A stretch of DNA of 63,988 nucleotides, filler included, from a bacterium (GTDB taxonomy: Bacteria; JBBIVP01), in assembly GCA_037439705.1 (NCBI GenBank). It is 3 parts of 3 records of this genome, joined end to end, with 100 filler letters (N's around TTAATTAATTAA, not from the genome) between each part and the next. Parts side by side here need not be neighbours in the genome. Positions count along the whole stretch, not along the records: positions 54,575 to 63,988 come from JBBIVP010000077.1; 2 more parts are not named here. One strand, given 5' to 3'. The position numbers were made by a program, and so were the translations under genes. This document shows positions 58,496 to 63,988 of the stretch, in pieces (the stretch's first letter is position 1; each line of letters opens with the position of its first letter). The notes under the pieces are model-generated. The model did no database searches and had not been told where the DNA came from. It was given only the letters and a program-made list of their open reading frames with translations.

Positions 58496-58623
58496 AGACG
58501 AATTATAATAGATTTTTATGTAAAAAATCAATTATTTTTCAAATTTTTAAAAGACGGGATGGAGCAAAAAACTTTGATTTTTTAACTTATTTTTGGTAAA
58601 ATAATTAAAAATTTAAAGGAGGA

Positions 58624-60483
58624 GTGATGAAGAAGGTAATAATAATCACAGGATTATTGGTTTTTGGCTGTGTTCGGGAGAAGATAAAGGAAGTTGATTA
58701 TTGTTCAGTTCATCCAGATGCCCCTGAATGTAAAATTCCTGAAAATCCGTGTTCACTCTATCCTGACCTTTATTTCTATTGCATAAACCTTCCACCTGAA
58801 GAATTCTGCAAGAAATATCCTGATGTGGATATATGCAAAGAACTTCCAACCTACCCAACCCGCATTACAAACTATCCTCCTGTTATTACACTAACAGTCT
58901 CGTCAAGATGTGCTCAATATGGAGATATAATAACCATTGATGCATCAGGAAGCAGAGACCCTGATGGAGATGAGATTAAATTTTCCTGGAATATATTATC
59001 TGGAAGCGGAGATTTCATTTCCCCTTTAACATCCATTGTTAATTTTAGATTTTCTGATGAAGAGGGGGATGTTATAATAAGGGTTGGTGCAAGCGATGGA
59101 TGGGGAGGTGAAAGTGAGGAAATGATAACTCTTATTTCTCTTGGAAATGGTATATTTGTGGACATAAATGGAGATGATTCAAATTCTGGAAGATTTAATG
59201 AGCCTGTCAGTTCAGTAGCAAAAGCCCTTGATATATCATATTCCACAGGAATAACAGAGGTCAAAATCCTTGAGGGAACATACGAAGGAGGAATAGAACT
59301 TACAAAAGGTGGAATTTCCATTAAGGGAGGTTATTATAGAGAAGAGGATGGATGTTTGAGAAGGGATTTTGAAAATTATTATACAATTATAACAAGCCCT
59401 ATAAGTTTCTCACCATCCTATGTTTTCAAATTGACATCCCCTGTAAATGATTTGGTTCTTCTTGATGGATTGTATCTGATAGGCGCAACAACCGCTGTAG
59501 CACCTTCACAGGAGGTTCAGGCAATCTATATGAATGGCGCATATGGGGTTGAAATAAGAAATTCCTACATCTACGGCGGGGAGGGACCAAGGGTAAGGGC
59601 AATATATGCTTATGCAGTTACAACATTTTCCCTTATAAATTCAAGGGTTTATGGGGGGGAAAGTTCAACAATTGCCGGTCTGCCGAATTTCTCATCAGCC
59701 CTGGGAAGGGGTGGGGTGGTATTGGGTAACATTCAGAATGTAAGTATTGATTCCTCTATTATAGATGCTGGTGTATCAACTGGTAGTTCTACCACAATTC
59801 CGCGCTATATTGTTGGACTATATCTCCAATCGGTTACAAACTGCTCCCTTTTCAACTCCTCAATCTATGGAGGAACGGGATATAATTCTAATAATTCTAC
59901 TTCCCCTGATTTTGTAACAGTTGGGTTTGCTACGAATTCAGGATGTTATGTTTATCAAAATCACTTTCATGGAGGGCATCCGGTTGAAAGCATGAGTGCT
60001 ACTTATAAGTCAGGTTTTAGTTATGCAATCTATCTTTTATCTGGTGTTTCACAGGATATAAAAATTATTAACAACATAATAGACCCAGGAGGAGCGGATG
60101 CAGTGGCTCTAAACACATCGGGAAGATATGGAGTTTATGATTTTGATGGAATTGCTCCGAATTACATCTTCAAAAACAATAATATATATTCAACCCTTCC
60201 TTATATGTCGAGTGAGCTTCCTATTCTTTATTATGATGCAGGAACCAATTATACTGACATTTCCTCCTTAAACTCCATTGATGGTGATGGAGGGAATTTT
60301 GATGGGAATGTATCTCTTGACCCAGTTTTTGATTCTGATGGAATTCATCTATCAGTCTATTCCCCACTAATTGATAGAGGGTATCCTGGAAGCATAACAG
60401 AGATTCTTCCTCAGGTTGATATTGACGGAGAAATAAGACCGAGGGGAGATGGACCGGATATAGGTCCTGATGAGGTAAGATAA
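58624..60483 (+). CDS. Surface lipoprotein: Cys-rich repeats, PKD-like domain, beta-helix, choice-of-anchor-Q-like C-terminus
   Basis: Lipobox VFGC; DASGSRDPDGD; GDDSNSG...P; I.GG repeats; SPLIDRG...DIDG..RP.G.G.DIG.DE. Confidence 0.75.
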   Translation: MMKKVIIITGLLVFGCVREKIKEVDYCSVHPDAPECKIPENPCSLYPDLYFYCINLPPEEFCKKYPDVDICKELPTYPTRITNYPPVITLTVSSRCAQYGDIITIDASGSRDPDGDEIKFSWNILSGSGDFISPLTSIVNFRFSDEEGDVIIRVGASDGWGGESEEMITLISLGNGIFVDINGDDSNSGRFNEPVSSVAKALDISYSTGITEVKILEGTYEGGIELTKGGISIKGGYYREEDGCLRRDFENYYTIITSPISFSPSYVFKLTSPVNDLVLLDGLYLIGATTAVAPSQEVQAIYMNGAYGVEIRNSYIYGGEGPRVRAIYAYAVTTFSLINSRVYGGESSTIAGLPNFSSALGRGGVVLGNIQNVSIDSSIIDAGVSTGSSTTIPRYIVGLYLQSVTNCSLFNSSIYGGTGYNSNNSTSPDFVTVGFATNSGCYVYQNHFHGGHPVESMSATYKSGFSYAIYLLSGVSQDIKIINNIIDPGGADAVALNTSGRYGVYDFDGIAPNYIFKNNNIYSTLPYMSSELPILYYDAGTNYTDISSLNSIDGDGGNFDGNVSLDPVFDSDGIHLSVYSPLIDRGYPGSITEILPQVDIDGEIRPRGDGPDIGPDEVR

Positions 60484-61593
60484 ATGAAAAGGGTTGTGCT
60501 TTCAATAATACTTATTCTCTTCTCCTGCGGGAGTGAACCCTCAAAATTAGAGAAGAGGGATGGAATATATTTCTTAAAACTTGAAGGTTCTCACTATGAG
60601 ATTGGATATCAGCACGCTTCAGAGTTCAGGGATGGAGTTTCCTATGTTGGAAGGTTCATCGGAAGATTTTTACCTGATGATTTTTTGAAACTTCTGAGAG
60701 AAAGCGGATTGATAAAAAAACTGGAAGATAATTATCCTGAGGAACTCCTTGATGAAGTGAGGGGTATGGTTGATGGTTCAGGGGGAATACTCAATTATGA
60801 AACCCTCATACTCTCATCATACGGGATGTACTTTGTGGAAAATTTGCTCTTTAATAATAAACTTCCAATGTGTTCAGGGTTTGTGGTATCTGATGGGGCA
60901 ACATTAAATGGAATCCTTATAAACGGAAGGAATATGGACTGGATGCCAATGGAGATGTTCTTGAGATATCCGACAGTTATTTTATCTCGTCCCAAGGGCA
61001 AGAATGCCTTTATATCCATCGGGTATCCATCAATGATTGGAGTTATAAGCGGGATGAATGAAAAGGGAATTGCTGTATCACTTCTTGCCAGTTCCAGCAC
61101 AGACTGCTCGTGGGATGGAATTGACATAATGCTTGTTCTCAGGCTTGTAATGGAAAAAGCGAATACAATTAAAGAAGCGGAAGAAATAATAACCTCTTCA
61201 AAAAATGCAACGGGTTGCAATGTTCTAATTTCCAGCGGTTTTGAAAATACTGGAAGCGTGGTTGAGATTTCAGCAACGAGATATGCAATAAGAAGACCTG
61301 AAAATTCTGTTCTTCTTGTAGCCAATCATTATTTGTCCGAGAATATGAAGGGAACGCAAACCGGATGGAAGGGTGATATAGAGTGGAGTATATTAAGGTT
61401 TGATGCTCTAAAACATCTCCTTGAAGAGAATTATGGAAATATAGACATTGAGGTAGCTAAAAGAATAGTTGAGACATATCCAGTGGGAAATACATTCACC
61501 GTTCATCATATAATTTATCTTCCAAAGGAATTAAGAGTCCTTGTTAAAATGAAGGGTTCATTAAAAAAATGGACAGAGTTCAGAATAAAGTAG
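60484..61593 (+). CDS. Peptidase C45 / Ntn-hydrolase lipoprotein
   Basis: Lipobox FSC; G..YEIGYQH, CSGF nucleophile, GRNMDW, GMNEKG, ANHY, S..R. Confidence 0.85.
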   Translation: MKRVVLSIILILFSCGSEPSKLEKRDGIYFLKLEGSHYEIGYQHASEFRDGVSYVGRFIGRFLPDDFLKLLRESGLIKKLEDNYPEELLDEVRGMVDGSGGILNYETLILSSYGMYFVENLLFNNKLPMCSGFVVSDGATLNGILINGRNMDWMPMEMFLRYPTVILSRPKGKNAFISIGYPSMIGVISGMNEKGIAVSLLASSSTDCSWDGIDIMLVLRLVMEKANTIKEAEEIITSSKNATGCNVLISSGFENTGSVVEISATRYAIRRPENSVLLVANHYLSENMKGTQTGWKGDIEWSILRFDALKHLLEENYGNIDIEVAKRIVETYPVGNTFTVHHIIYLPKELRVLVKMKGSLKKWTEFRIK

Positions 61594-61795
61594 GGGTTTA
61601 AAACTTCCTCTTAAGAATTTGTATAAGGAAAGGGCTTTTCGGTGTCTAACCCTTAATTCCCAAACTTCATTTGGAGCGAAGTGAGAGTAGTATCAAAATA
61701 TTCCAACAAAAATGCTTGAAAAAACGAAATCATATATATTAAAATTAGTGTAGTGAACAAAATTTACATTTTTTGTTCAGTAGAGGTAAAAAATT

Positions 61796-63073
61796 ATGAT
61801 AAAATACATTCTTCTACAGCATAAATTTGAAAGGGATACATTTATTTCAAAAAGTTTCCTACCACGAGAAGAGCTATTGAATGCTTCAAAATTTTTAGAT
61901 TCTGACCTTATCAAAGTGATCACAGGCTCAAGAAGGGCTGGTAAGTCTGTCTTTTCTATTCTGCTTTTGAAAGACAAAAACTTTGCCTATTTAAATCTTG
62001 ATGATGAAAACATATTGAAGATAAAGGATTATGATGAACTCCTTCAGGCAATTTTTGAAGTCTACCCGCAAGCAGAGTTTATTCTATTCGATGAAATACA
62101 AAATTTAGATAATTGGGAACTTTTTGTCAATAAACTCCAAAGAAGAGGCTTCAATTTAGTCTTAACTGGTTCAAATGCCAGGCTTCTAAGTAAATAACTA
62201 TCTACCACATTAACAGGGAGATACATCTCTATAGAAATTTTTCCCTTTAGTTTCAGGGAATTCCTGCAGGCTTGCAATTTTGAGATAAAGAAAGAAAAGC
62301 TTATTTTACCTGAGGTTAAAGGAAAAATTTTGAATTACTTAGATATTTATCTTAAAAAGGGCGGTTTTCCGGAAGTAATAGTAAAAAATTTAGATGCTAA
62401 GACATATTTAGAAACACTCTTTGATGCGATTTTATTCAGGGATGTAGTCAAAAGGTATAAAATTAGATTTTCACAGAAGATTTATGATTTAGCCACATAT
62501 TTAGTTTCTAATTTTGCTTCTTTATTTAGTCTTACAAAATTGAAGAATATCTTGGGGTTTAGAAGTATAAATACAGTTGAGAAATATCTTAAGTATCTTG
62601 AAGAATCATGTCTGTTTTTTACCTTAAATAGATTTTCTTTTAAGGTAAAAGAGCAAATTAAGGCCCCAAAGAAAATTTATCTTGTTGATAATGGTTTTAT
62701 TATGGCAAAATCTTTCCAGTTTTCACAAGATTTAGGCAGGCTGATGGAAAACTTAATTTTTGTTGAAATTTTAAGATGCGGGTATAAACCAAATAAAGAT
62801 GTTTTTTATTACAAAACAGGTAATGGCAAAGAGGTGGATTTTGTTTTAAAAAATGGAATAGAGATTGAGAGATTAATCCAAGTATGTTTCAGGATGGAGG
62901 ATTTAGATATCAAGAAAAGGGAACTAAGAGCTTTATACGAAGCGAGTAGTGAATTAAGTTGTAATGAGTTATTGGTAATTACCTGGGATTATGAAAACCA
63001 GGAAGTGTTTAGAGAGAAAAGGATAAAATTTATACCATTATGGAAGTGGCTTTTATTCAAGGATTCAAGCTGA
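61796..63073 (+). pseudogene. AAA_14/DUF4143 ATP-binding protein with premature TAA at 62195-62197
   Basis: GSRRAGKS, FDEIQ, TGSNARLLSK*LSTTLTGR, GGFPE, K.YL.DNG, EN, EVDFV, IQV all in one frame. Confidence 0.88.
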
Positions 63074-63110
63074 ATGAACTAAAAGAGGCATTAAGGAAGA
63101 AGTGTGCTTT

Positions 63111-63988
63111 TTACCCCTTTATAACGCCAATAGGCTTTATACGCGCAACCTTTTCTGAAAGCCCAGCATTAACCACCGCATCAACAACTATTTCAACATC
63201 CTTATATGCCTCTGACATCTCCTCTGCAAGAGTGTCCCTTTCTTTTGCTTTTACAATTATACCTTTCTTCTTCATTTCATCAGTAATTGAGCGCCCTCTT
63301 GCAGTTTTTATTGCCTGTGACCTGCTCATCACCCTTCCCGCGCCGTGGCATACTGTTCCCCAGGTCTCCTTCATTGCTTTTTCCGTCCCAACAAGAACAT
63401 AGGAATACCTTCCCATATCTCCAGGTATAATTACAGGCTGACCTATTTCTCTATATATTTCCGGCACAATAGGATGTCCTTTTGGAAATCCCCTCGTTGC
63501 TCCTTTTCTGTGAACGCAGAGTTTTACCTTTTTTCCATCAACCTCATGCTCTTCAATTTTTGCCACATTATGTGCTACATCATAAACAAGTTTCATTCCT
63601 ATGCTTGAGGGAGAAGCTGAAAGGGCTTTAGCAATAGCCTTTTCTGCCCAGAATGCTAAACATTCCCTGTTTGCAAAGGCAAAATTAACAGCACATTTCA
63701 TAGCAGCAAGATATTCCTGACCAACGGAAGATTTTATATGGGCACAGGCAAGTTGTCTGTCAGGAAGGCTTATTTTTTTCTCCGACACATATCTGTTCAT
63801 CTTCACAAGGTAATCATCACATATCTGGTGTCCAAATCCCCTTGAGCCCGAATGAATGAGAAGCGTTATCATATTTTCCTCAAGCCCCATTATTTCTGCC
63901 ATTTTTTTGTTAAAAATTTTTTCCACATAACCTATTTCAAGGAAATGATTTCCTGAGCCAGCAGTTCCAAGCTGGTCCCGTCCTCTTT
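63111..63988 (-). CDS. rtcB: RNA-splicing ligase RtcB, 5' part outside window
   Basis: QLGT.GSGNHFLE, HSGSRGFGH, DVAHN, HRKGATR, PGDMG, HGAGR.MSR, VIKG. Confidence 0.95.
   Translation of the reverse strand, partial: RGRDQLGTAGSGNHFLEIGYVEKIFNKKMAEIMGLEENMITLLIHSGSRGFGHQICDDYLVKMNRYVSEKKISLPDRQLACAHIKSSVGQEYLAAMKCAVNFAFANRECLAFWAEKAIAKALSASPSSIGMKLVYDVAHNVAKIEEHEVDGKKVKLCVHRKGATRGFPKGHPIVPEIYREIGQPVIIPGDMGRYSYVLVGTEKAMKETWGTVCHGAGRVMSRSQAIKTARGRSITDEMKKKGIIVKAKERDTLAEEMSEAYKDVEIVVDAVVNAGLSEKVARIKPIGVIKG

Noticed and set aside
62195-62197. Stop-codon recoding (Sec/Pyl or alternative code)
   Set aside because: Codon is TAA, which ends many genes in this window; nonsense mutation or error is simpler
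93-63608. Numerous 60-180 aa ORFs antisense to or overlapping assigned genes
   Set aside because: No motifs; explained as shadow ORFs of well-supported genes

Overview
Low-GC bacterial sequence that looks like a MAG; gene content (MshEN protein, Tgl/PilF-like TPR, GCGC-type sorting tail, porin-cytochrome pair) suggests a deltaproteobacterium-like lineage. It is NOT one contiguous locus: two 100-nt N spacers carrying the artificial linker TTAATTAATTAA (28059-28158, 54475-54574) join three contigs, and a 21-N gap lies inside gcvH. Most genes are housekeeping (rny, zapA, rsmI, rpe, hppA, trpE, dapL, folK, aroF, rpmB/rpsT, nadD, proA, ssb, ndk, rlmN, mtnP, folE, nrdR, groES/EL, radC, rtcB, tRNA-Gly). 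The most notable items are: (1) a TorD-chaperone / beta-barrel / octaheme cytochrome / moaA operon, a candidate molybdoenzyme-linked porin-cytochrome conduit; (2) a nitrilase-less Nit1C-like GNAT / AIR-synthase-like / radical SAM module; (3) two copies of an unnamed WxWMY membrane domain, one fused to DUF362; (4) GroEL with a ~38-aa insertion; (5) a ~39-bp dispersed repeat sitting before TTGACA promoters on two contigs; (6) a miniature 6S-like hairpin; (7) widespread apparently leaderless genes; (8) a probable CTG start for nadD; and (9) two disrupted genes (mpl, AAA+ ATPase). No CRISPR array, rRNA or intact transposase was seen. All family assignments come from motif recognition by eye; no database searches were run.
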